11,681 nucleotides of DNA from a virus: the UHGV virus genome UHGV-0168755; one strand, written 5' to 3'. The notes under the pieces are model-generated. The model was not told where the DNA came from, made no database searches, and worked only from the letters and a program-made list of their open reading frames with translations. The position numbers and the translations under genes were made by a program. Every line of letters starts with the position of its first letter. The first letter of the stretch is position 1. This document shows, in pieces, positions 1-6,898 of this stretch.

Positions 1-50
1 TACGAGATGTCTTAGGGTCTCGTGGGCTCGGAGATGTGTATAAGAGACAG
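1..50. other. Illumina Nextera adapter (i7 index plus transposase mosaic end); library artefact, not biological
   Basis: Sequence TACGAGAT-GTCTTAGG-GTCTCGTGGGCTCGG-AGATGTGTATAAGAGACAG matches the Nextera read-2 adapter with the 19-nt Tn5 mosaic end; its exact reverse complement is at the 3' end of the window. Confidence 0.95.
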
Positions 51-591
51 GTAACTGTCCTGACACGTTATAACGGCGGAAGATCCAGTTTAACAGGTCG
101 ATGACCTGTTTCGCACGAAGTGCATTTTCTTCGTACGACAACTGTTCGATACCATCCAGCGTATAGTCGATCATCTGGTACATCTGCCGTTCACCGACTT
201 CGGAAATGATATCGGCTTGTTGGCGAATCATTTCTGTTTCTTCGGTAAGCGACGGTTGACCTTCAACGTGCTGAAGTGAGCGACCGGTATTGAGCAAAGG
301 CGGGATCGTAAAGAGCAGTTTTGAATTATCCGAATCCGAAACAATCTGTAACGGAACGAAAGCGCTCCCTACATAATCCGTCCAGGTATCTTCGTTAAAC
401 GTGCCATCCAACATCCCCGACAATAACGGTAAACCTTGTCGACGGAACATCGATTCAGTAAACACGCTACACACACCCTGGCCCTGTTTAAGCATCTCTT
501 CCATTTCAAGAAGTTTTTCAAACTCAAACTTAGCACGGCCAGAAAGTTCTTCAATGGGTACCCCATTAAATTTTCCCGGTTCTTGATCCAT
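51..591 (-). CDS. hypothetical protein, partial (start at ATG 589-591, C-terminus runs off the insert into the adapter)
   Basis: Own translation of the minus strand gives an open frame MDQEPGKFNGVPIEELSGRAKFEFEKLLEMEEMLKQGQG... with no stop before the adapter. GAGGA-like RBS upstream; the ATG lies 2 nt after the TGA of the upstream gene (594-596). Not in the ORF track because it has no in-window stop. Confidence 0.55.
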
Positions 592-593
592 CC

Positions 594-977
594 TTACTCA
601 TCCTCAATGACTGATGATTCGGTTTCAACATAACGTTCTACATCGTACCACACCCCACCCGACATAACGCGTGCTTGGATGATGATACGGTAACGTACAT
701 CGGTATCCGGTAAATATTCCCAGGTTGTTTCTACTTCAACCCCTTCAGGAAAAACATGTTCGTAAAGCGTGGTTAAGTCTGTTTTCACCCGATTGGCTAA
801 GCCGTCGGGATCTTGAGCAAACATTTGCTTTGCTTTTGCAAGCGACCGCACATTACCTTGATAAATTTGCGATTGGCTATACCCTGCTTCCGTGTAATGG
901 TTCATCATTTCACGAATACGTTCACGGGGTGTTTTTGCCCAGCCGCGTGTAGAAACCGTGCCTACTGCTATCGCCAT
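594..977 (-). CDS. hypothetical protein (127 aa)
   Basis: ATG start at 975-977 preceded by AGGAG with 6-nt spacer; sits just downstream of an intrinsic terminator; stop tightly coupled to the next gene. Confidence 0.6.
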   Translation of the reverse strand: MAIAVGTVSTRGWAKTPRERIREMMNHYTEAGYSQSQIYQGNVRSLAKAKQMFAQDPDGLANRVKTDLTTLYEHVFPEGVEVETTWEYLPDTDVRYRIIIQARVMSGGVWYDVERYVETESSVIEDE

Positions 978-1016
978 TCTCTACTCCTATCACATTGATA
1001 GTTGCCGCTGTAATTA

Positions 1017-1052
1017 AGAAAAAAGAAGGGGGTGCCCAATCCCCTTCTTTTC
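1017..1052 (-). terminator. intrinsic (rho-independent) terminator, possibly bidirectional
   Basis: About 9-bp GC-rich stem AAGAAGGGG/CCCCTTCTT (1023-1049) followed on the minus strand by TTTTTTCTTAATT; also followed by TTTTCG on the plus strand. Lies between the stop of the 195-aa gene (1055) and the start of the 127-aa gene (977). Confidence 0.6.
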
Positions 1053-1054
1053 GA

Positions 1055-1642
1055 TTAGCACGAAGCGCCGAGTTCAGAGCACGGATCTTCGTCTTCCCAA
1101 TCAAAACTCCGCATACGTGCCCAGTTGATTTGCATGTCAACCTGCTCTACGCGTGTGAGTTTATTGGATCGATCTTCGTTGGATACCCAGTTCCAAATAC
1201 GATCTTCATCGTACTCGTTGGACATACCCGACGTTACTTCACGGAAGTTATCGTCCGTATGCATATACGCCGAACCACGGAAGTTATCGATTTTCGAATA
1301 CCCGTTCTCGTAACCGGTCGCCATGTTGTTATTGTACAATTGTCGATATTCAGGCAACGCCATTAGCAACGGCTGTAAGGTTGCGTTTGCAAACTGGAAT
1401 TGCCCAATCTTCTCCAATTGACGTACAACATCAGTCGCATCGCTATGTTGTACTTTGCGTGCGGCTGCATACATCTCACGGAAACGCTCTAATGAAATTA
1501 ACTCATTACATTTTCGTTTAACGCTTTCGATCATGTCGGGAGCAAAGGCGTTAATATCGAAATTGTCTCTGAAATAGCGATACATCCCACTATTTTCAGT
1601 TTGTCGTGTCCAGATGGTCCCGCCTAAGTTCCACATGCCCAT
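1055..1642 (-). CDS. hypothetical protein (195 aa), acidic C-terminus; last gene of the beta' transcription unit
   Basis: ATG at 1640-1642 lies 3 nt after tandem stops TAA-TGA (1646-1651) that end the beta' exon-2 frame; followed by the terminator at 1017-1052. I see no beta' motifs in it. Confidence 0.55.
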   Translation of the reverse strand: MGMWNLGGTIWTRQTENSGMYRYFRDNFDINAFAPDMIESVKRKCNELISLERFREMYAAARKVQHSDATDVVRQLEKIGQFQFANATLQPLLMALPEYRQLYNNNMATGYENGYSKIDNFRGSAYMHTDDNFREVTSGMSNEYDEDRIWNWVSNEDRSNKLTRVEQVDMQINWARMRSFDWEDEDPCSELGASC

Positions 1643-1648
1643 GTTTCA

Positions 1649-1900
1649 TTACCCCGCCATTAAAACTAGTTCTGAGTCAAGCGCGATACCTGCTTCCAGA
1701 TCTTCTTCAGTATCCTGGAAGAAACGGTTTATGTTGCTGATGTTCTCGTTATGGAGAATCATACAGCTCGAAACCTCATCCACGTTCGTGCTTGACATAA
1801 AGCCGTTATCTGGGCGATAAGCCATGCCCAGTTCCATTTCAATCTGGTCGATTGCTAATCTGCATTGTAACTGGTCGCCATCAAAATCCTGTATGTCCAC
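1649..1900 (-). CDS. multisubunit RNA polymerase beta'-like N-terminal subunit, exon 2 (catalytic DFDGDQ segment); 3' splice site within about 1895-1925
   Basis: Translation ...DIQDFDGDQLQCRLAIDQ...PDNG... contains the universal beta' Mg-binding motif (N)ADFDGD (codons at 1874-1888). The ORF-track start is a GTG that is probably internal to the spliced reading frame. Ends with tandem stops TAA TGA. Confidence 0.7.
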   Translation of the reverse strand: MDIQDFDGDQLQCRLAIDQIEMELGMAYRPDNGFMSSTNVDEVSSCMILHNENISNINRFFQDTEEDLEAGIALDSELVLMAG

Positions 1901-2262
1901 TCCAATCCTTTTGGAGCAGGTGTGCTAAGACACCCTCCCATGCTTTCACATGGGCACAGACTATATCATAACCGTAGGTAACATTACCCGTAGGTCTCCC
2001 CCACTTCGCCGCTAAACTAAGCAGCTACTCTACTCGGTTTTACCCTTTCGATAGTCGTTGAACGATTTTCACCGCTGCTGATTATCCATTATCACGACCC
2101 TTAGCATTATTGGTTAGCATAGGTCATCTTACAAATTATTTCTGACTTTCGTCACCCTATCGGGATCGTAAGCTTTAGGAGTTACCAGCAATTCAGGGGA
2201 TACGCACTAGAGGTTTCCCGTCTAGTGGGCCAACATTTAGCATTTGGTGCTTTGATGACACG
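1898..2262 (-). ncRNA. group I self-splicing intron (ORF-less, about 330-400 nt) interrupting the beta' gene; boundaries approximate
   Basis: Read on the minus-strand sense: P4/P5 region GACGGGAAACCUCUAGUGCGUAUCCCCUG (2194-2223), R/P7 5' strand GUUCAACGACUAUC (2050-2063), S/P7 3' strand AUGAUAUAGUCUG (1957-1969), P9 hairpin GCCCAUG-UGAAAG-CAUGGG (1937-1955), then two small hairpins before candidate terminal G at 1898-1900. Beta' homology stops before this and resumes at DFDGD after it. Confidence 0.7.
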
Positions 2263-3606
2263 ATCAGAAATACGCAGAGAACATTGTGTTACATCTGTCA
2301 GTACCGATGCAATAAACAACGTCTGAATAGAAAGCTGAACCAATGTTGGGTTACGTAGAACTTCCAACATTAAACCGAATCCACCGGGGGATTCTTTAAT
2401 CAGCTCATTAATAATTTCATGTACCAACGGTACATACTGCATTGCCGCAAATGCAATGATACGTTCGCACTGCCGTGGTGTATAATCACGACGACCCAGC
2501 TTGTTCTCAATGTGAACGCTCGCCAACGGAACCAACCAACGCCAAGGCGCAATCACTTTCAACGCATCGTGAGGTTCAGAGATAGGAGAGATAGTCACAC
2601 GTCCGCCCCACGGTACGTGTGTTGACCCGAGTTTTGCCCGATAGAACCCAGGTTTACCTTCCATCACTTCCTGACGATGGTCAATATAGAAATACGCAAG
2701 TTGACGATTCGCTTTGATTGCGCGACGAATAATAAATCGCGGATCGATACGACGTGCATTCGTGTACAGCAACGCCACATTTTTTACTGCGTCGATAGCG
2801 CTGGTGTATACGGGATCGATAAAGATACCCTGTCGACGTTCCTCCGTAACGATCAGTTTCGACGAAATAATCGGAAGATGCCTTGGAAAGAATGTGAACG
2901 ATTGCTCTTGAAAGAACTCACGCCATTCTAAGCGTACACGCTCACTCTCATAACGGTTATTTTTCGTTGGTGGATAAATCTCCTTCCAAACTTCCGGGGA
3001 CGTGAGGATATTAAAGACGGTTCGATGATGGTCGATAAAGTTTCGAATACCGCGTTCGAATCCGTGCTCAATGAGTATTCTTTTCACTACCCGAGCTCGT
3101 GTCCCTTCGTCCTTTTCTGGTCGATAGTACGGATCGATTAGCCATAGAAGCAAATCAGAACCGCGCTCTACCGTCACCTTGTTACGATTGAACTTTTTCA
3201 GCTTAGAACCAAAGAAAGCATTGAAGAGAGACCAAAAACGTGGATTGATAAAGTTGCCCATCTCATCGGGAGCACGTAACCAAACTTCGGACGTAATCCG
3301 GTGTTCAGAAACAACGTGTCCACAGTGCGGGCAACGTAGCCCAAGATTGTAACGATGGGTAATAGGTGATTCGCAGGTCAAACTGCAAATAGGAGCCGAG
3401 TTGAGTGTCTCATCAACGATTCGGTTTTGAAGTATCTGGTTAATCATCTCTGACGCTTCGATGGTATCCATCGTTACAGCAACGTCATTGATAATAATCG
3501 GCGGTTTGTAGCCTTTTTCCTCCGCTTCTTGTATACAGTCACGTAACATTTTATCGTGACTAATTAATCGCCCTGAAATCCCGTAATATTCTAGTTTATG
3601 TTCCAC
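2182..3606 (-). CDS. multisubunit RNA polymerase beta'-like N-terminal subunit, exon 1 (ORF as called; the last roughly 20-35 codons before the TAA at 2182 are probably intron read-through)
   Basis: GTG start at 3604-3606 with GAGGA 6 nt upstream. Zinc finger CSLTC-x13-CPHCGHVV (compare E. coli CxC-x12-CEKCGVEV), GGRVTISPI (compare GRSVITVGP) and LRNPTLVQLSIQ (compare NRAPTLHRLGIQ), in the same order as bacterial beta'. Confidence 0.8.
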   Translation of the reverse strand: MEHKLEYYGISGRLISHDKMLRDCIQEAEEKGYKPPIIINDVAVTMDTIEASEMINQILQNRIVDETLNSAPICSLTCESPITHRYNLGLRCPHCGHVVSEHRITSEVWLRAPDEMGNFINPRFWSLFNAFFGSKLKKFNRNKVTVERGSDLLLWLIDPYYRPEKDEGTRARVVKRILIEHGFERGIRNFIDHHRTVFNILTSPEVWKEIYPPTKNNRYESERVRLEWREFFQEQSFTFFPRHLPIISSKLIVTEERRQGIFIDPVYTSAIDAVKNVALLYTNARRIDPRFIIRRAIKANRQLAYFYIDHRQEVMEGKPGFYRAKLGSTHVPWGGRVTISPISEPHDALKVIAPWRWLVPLASVHIENKLGRRDYTPRQCERIIAFAAMQYVPLVHEIINELIKESPGGFGLMLEVLRNPTLVQLSIQTLFIASVLTDVTQCSLRISDRVIKAPNAKCWPTRRETSSAYPLNCW

Positions 3607-3619
3607 GCCGAATCCTCAA

Positions 3620-3662
3620 CAAAAAAAGAGAGGGAAGGGACAGGGGGTTTTCCCCTGTCCCT
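3620..3662 (-). terminator. candidate intrinsic terminator/attenuator between the 615-aa gene and the beta' gene
   Basis: 10-11 bp stem GGGACAGGGG/CCCCTGTCCC (3637-3661) with 5-nt loop, followed on the minus strand by UUCCCUCUCUUUUUUUG. The U-run starts about 9 nt after the stem, so the call is moderate. It abuts the beta' RBS. Confidence 0.45.
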
Positions 3663-3690
3663 CAACTACTGCTTACTACTTACCAACTTA

Positions 3691-5538
3691 TCAGAAAGTC
3701 GGACGCCAGTCAGTTGCAGCGAAGGACATACCGAAATCGCTACCAAATGCGTTCGGGCCGCTACCAGACAGTGCGAAGTTCTCATTACCCGTGTTAACAA
3801 ACACAGAGTGAGTGAGGCTGTTCGCTGCGGTAACACCGTTCACCTGGAAGTTGCAGTTTTCGGTGATGTATTCCACCAGTGCTTTACCGAACATCGGGTT
3901 GATTGCCAGATCAGACGCTTCGCCAGTTACCTGCGGCTGTTTGCTACCGAACATGGACGCAGCCATTTTCAGCAGGTACAGACGCTGGTCACGCGCATTC
4001 AGATAGCGGTGAGAGTAGGACTGTGCACTAATGTAGTCGATCGCATCGCGCTGGTTGTCGCCCACTTTAGTCAGAGCGGAAACCAAGTCCATATCCTGGA
4101 AGCTACGTTTCTGGCTGTTGCTGAAATACTGACCAGAGATGGTCGGGCAACCGGCGATAACAACATGTTTGCACTCAAAGTTGTTGACATTTCCCAGCAT
4201 CGCTTTGAAGCGGGTGCTGAACTTAGTCGCGCCGTTGCTGGCCATGTTATCCAGGATGTTGAACAGGGTATACAGTGCGTTGGTGTTACCCATCCCGATT
4301 TCGCTCAGGAGAGTAGACAGACCACCAATACCGTTACCTGCACGATGGTTCACCACCAGTGCCGCAGTCGGATTAGCGAAAGTATCCAGGCATTTCTCGA
4401 TAACTTCACGGTTACCGTCGATTTTGCTCAGGTCAGGTTTTTCGCTGCCCCATTCTACATACTCCAGAACGCGGGAGAAGCGGCGATCGGTTTTGTTCAG
4501 CGACTGCATGAAACGTTCACGCCATCCGCCGATAGTGGCGATTTGTGCGAACGCGGCCAGTTCAATCAGCTGACGTTCGATAGGTGCCATTGCCCCAGAG
4601 GATTGAGAATCCATCAGAGAAACAACCACTTCGGCTTCCAGCTGACGCAGGTCCTGAGTACCGTTGGTCAGAGTTTGCGGTTTACCTTTATGGCGGAGGT
4701 TGATGTAACCAACACCTGCAACGCTCGGATAATTCTGGAGGCGTTCAGAAGAGAACAGCGTCGGGTTATTATCGTTATTGCCGGTGCGGGAATGGTCAAC
4801 CACAACCATCAGGTCAGCACGTTGTGCAGAACCGTTAACGTCAGTTACAGAACCTTCTTCAACGACACTGACTTGTGCAGTGAAGCGATCAGAGCGGGTC
4901 ATTTTCAGGTAGCCCAGGTAGCCGGAATGACGACCGAAGATACCCAGTGCAATCTGGCCCATGAGCTGGTTAGCCCATTCTTCGTTCATGGTTTTACCCA
5001 GTTCCGGTACGCAGTTCATTACCATGAACTGTACGCTCGGCAGATTGTGCTGAGTTGCAATCTGGTTAGTGATGTTGTTCATCACACCTTCTTGACTGAA
5101 CAGCTGTGCCAGGGTGTAGTAGTTTTCTTTACCGTTGATTTCGTAGAAACGGATGGATTGGCCGTGTTCGAAGAACAGGATACCGTAGAGCCATTCGTTA
5201 TGGTTATCACCAGACGGACCAGCCACATATGCAGCAGAACCCATTTCAGAGTTGATGCCGTCAATGACGCCCCAACGGAAGTTACGCAGGTAGGTGTTCT
5301 TCTCTGCCATCTTCTCAATCAGACTGGTGAACTGAGAAGCAGTGGACACAAAGGACATATACCCAAAAGCTTTATCGAAGGTGGAAATGTTTTTAGACAT
5401 TCCACCAAAAGCGTTGGCCGCATTGGTGTTATCCATAGTAGGAGCTCCCGCACCGCCGAAAGACGGAATTGGATCTGCGGCGGAACCAGCAGCACCAGTC
5501 ACAACGTCGTTTTGATTGTCAATAAACTCTTTAGCCAT
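3691..5538 (-). CDS. highly expressed 615-aa protein; candidate phage-nucleus shell protein (chimallin), alternatively a major virion structural protein
   Basis: ATG start with AAGGA RBS. Codon usage is visibly shifted to E. coli-type optimal codons (CTG, CGT, GGT, ACC, AAC, GAA) compared with neighbours. Gly/Ala-rich flexible N-terminal segment. Lies immediately upstream of, and co-oriented with, the beta' N-terminal subunit gene. Identity is inferred from size and position, not from recognised sequence. Confidence 0.7.
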   Translation of the reverse strand: MAKEFIDNQNDVVTGAAGSAADPIPSFGGAGAPTMDNTNAANAFGGMSKNISTFDKAFGYMSFVSTASQFTSLIEKMAEKNTYLRNFRWGVIDGINSEMGSAAYVAGPSGDNHNEWLYGILFFEHGQSIRFYEINGKENYYTLAQLFSQEGVMNNITNQIATQHNLPSVQFMVMNCVPELGKTMNEEWANQLMGQIALGIFGRHSGYLGYLKMTRSDRFTAQVSVVEEGSVTDVNGSAQRADLMVVVDHSRTGNNDNNPTLFSSERLQNYPSVAGVGYINLRHKGKPQTLTNGTQDLRQLEAEVVVSLMDSQSSGAMAPIERQLIELAAFAQIATIGGWRERFMQSLNKTDRRFSRVLEYVEWGSEKPDLSKIDGNREVIEKCLDTFANPTAALVVNHRAGNGIGGLSTLLSEIGMGNTNALYTLFNILDNMASNGATKFSTRFKAMLGNVNNFECKHVVIAGCPTISGQYFSNSQKRSFQDMDLVSALTKVGDNQRDAIDYISAQSYSHRYLNARDQRLYLLKMAASMFGSKQPQVTGEASDLAINPMFGKALVEYITENCNFQVNGVTAANSLTHSVFVNTGNENFALSGSGPNAFGSDFGMSFAATDWRPTF

Positions 5539-5582
5539 TTTACTTAATCCTTATAAGGTTTAATACAATTGTAGTGTTGGTT

Positions 5583-5612
5583 CACGTAGATAATATCTAG
5601 CTAAGATATTTT
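5583..5612. promoter_or_regulatory. copy 1 of a duplicated 30-bp motif CACGTAGATAATATCTAGCTAAGATATTTT in the divergent intergenic region; candidate promoter/operator
   Basis: Direct repeat with copy 2 (about 26 of 30 identical, 80 bp apart); contains internal inverted repeat ATATCT-N5-AGATAT; lies 45 nt upstream of the 615-aa gene start. Confidence 0.45.
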
Positions 5613-5662
5613 GGAATACACGTAAAACACACATAGCTTAAAATGATTAACTACCGAACCAT

Positions 5663-5693
5663 CACATAGATAATATCATTCTCAGATATTTTT
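5663..5693. promoter_or_regulatory. copy 2 of the duplicated motif CACATAGATAATATCATTCTCAGATATTTTT
   Basis: Same motif as 5583-5612 with inverted half-sites ATATC/GATAT; about 55 nt upstream of the plus-strand gene start at 5747. Confidence 0.45.
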
Positions 5694-5746
5694 CAATGTG
5701 AGTTAGACTGTGACCGTTTCCTATGTGTAACCCCAAGGAGTAAGTC

Positions 5747-6808
5747 ATGTTCAGTCAAGCCGAGTTAAACCAAGCAGCCATAAAGGGTAAATTCGAAGAC
5801 CCTTCCGCTATACAATTGGTCAGTGCCGTAAAAAATAATAATCAGCGCATTCGCAACTATTTAGAGTCCATTCAAACCCGTGTTGTGTCGGGTCATCTGG
5901 TACTCAAAATTTTAGCGGCTATCGGATATGCGGGTGAACCCAGCTACGAAGAGATCGAGTGGGCATGTCGTCGCAAGCTTTCCGATATCGGTAATGCGCT
6001 ACACCTAACTTCTGTGGGGGAGTACGGTCAAGTTTTCAACGGGATCTTTATCGAAGGGCAAGATGAAATTATTTCACTCGTCGCTCGTCCCGTCAATCCT
6101 GAACTGTCTTTTCGTGACTATACACCCGCGGTTTATCTTTATCACGAGTACACGAATCTTAACTGGGGTCTCGGGAACGGCAAACCCCGAGGCATCAGCA
6201 TTATTGAAATCAATCTGGTTGCACTGCTTTGGCAGTACGTTCTTGCAGAACAGTATTACCGAACACAACCCGAACCGATTAACCGTGTTGTTTACGCGCA
6301 ACGTCACATCATTTACCGGATGCTGCCTAGCTACATGAATATCGCTTTTTTAAATATTCATCGCGCTATCGCAGCAGGTAAAGAAGTCGAACCCGAAACA
6401 CCACTTCGTGTTATCCCCACACCGCCATTACGTGAACTTTCAATTAAACACGCAACGCAAGTTTGTAAAGCCCTCCGTGCAGGTAAACCTTTACCTGGGG
6501 TAGTCATGGCACACATTCCCCAGTTCTTTGTTGATCCGACACACCCAACCACCGCGTTAGACCGTATCCTTTTTAAGGACCCCGGTTCAACCATTCAGGG
6601 TAGTTGGCACCGAAACATCGTGAACTGGTATTGGGCGTTGTTCTGCTTACAGTTCGATAACTCGAGCATGAGCAAATACAAATCCAATCTGATGGTACGT
6701 ATAGCCCGATTCGAAGATGCGAAGATACTGGAGAAACTTACACGTTCGGCGAGAAACTATTACCGACACGAGTTAATTTTGCCATTATACCACGCATTAG
6801 AAAATTAA
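5747..6808 (+). CDS. hypothetical protein (353 aa); the only plus-strand gene, monocistronic
   Basis: ATG with AAGGAG RBS at 5735-5740 (6-nt spacer); TAA stop followed by a short hairpin (6815-6829) and a strong terminator (6862-6898). No motif I recognise. Confidence 0.8.
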   Translation: MFSQAELNQAAIKGKFEDPSAIQLVSAVKNNNQRIRNYLESIQTRVVSGHLVLKILAAIGYAGEPSYEEIEWACRRKLSDIGNALHLTSVGEYGQVFNGIFIEGQDEIISLVARPVNPELSFRDYTPAVYLYHEYTNLNWGLGNGKPRGISIIEINLVALLWQYVLAEQYYRTQPEPINRVVYAQRHIIYRMLPSYMNIAFLNIHRAIAAGKEVEPETPLRVIPTPPLRELSIKHATQVCKALRAGKPLPGVVMAHIPQFFVDPTHPTTALDRILFKDPGSTIQGSWHRNIVNWYWALFCLQFDNSSMSKYKSNLMVRIARFEDAKILEKLTRSARNYYRHELILPLYHALEN

Positions 6809-6861
6809 GACTTACTCTCCCCCGGAGAGGACTCTTTCGAATCCTCATATAATAGAGTTAA

Positions 6862-6898
6862 AACGTTGCACTTCGGTGCAACGTTTACTTTCTTTTTA
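6862..6898 (+). terminator. intrinsic terminator between convergent genes, probably bidirectional
   Basis: Perfect 10-bp palindromic stem AACGTTGCAC-TTCG-GTGCAACGTT (6862-6885) followed by TACTTTCTTTTTA on the plus strand; on the minus strand the same stem is followed by TTAACTC. Confidence 0.7.

Noticed and set aside
369-633. Short ORFs 369-566 (-), 401-586 (+) and 436-633 (+)
   Set aside because: They overlap the longer open minus-strand frame 51-591 in other frames and have low-complexity, junk-like translations.
594-1642. ORFs 1055-1642 and 594-977 as the continuation of beta' (bridge helix and trigger loop)
   Set aside because: I could not find the bridge-helix or trigger-loop signatures by eye, and the beta' frame ends with two tandem stops; they are left as separate hypothetical proteins.
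2070-2082. AATCAGCAGCGG as the group I Q element
   Set aside because: It initially looked like the Q consensus, but a better P4 pairing partner (UAUCCCC pairing with CGGGAAA) lies upstream at 2194-2223; this segment is more likely part of the P6 extension.
1901-2181. The gap between the two beta' ORFs as an ordinary intergenic spacer between two separately translated subunit genes
   Set aside because: The gap and its flanks contain conserved group I intron core elements, and beta' homology is interrupted at a position that is contiguous in all homologues. A separate-gene reading remains the formal alternative until splicing is shown.
1898-2262. Homing endonuclease gene inside the intron
   Set aside because: No ORF of 60 codons or more lies within the intron on either strand; the element appears to be a minimal ribozyme.
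3598-5547. 649-aa plus-strand ORF antisense to the 615-aa gene
   Set aside because: Translation is rich in C/H/R/V/T with no protein-like composition, and there is no RBS. It is a shadow ORF created by the strong codon bias of the minus-strand gene, which has the RBS, terminator and sensible composition.
5583-5693. CRISPR array
   Set aside because: Only two imperfect copies of a 30-bp motif, 80 bp apart, in a promoter-like AT-rich intergenic region; no regular repeat-spacer structure.
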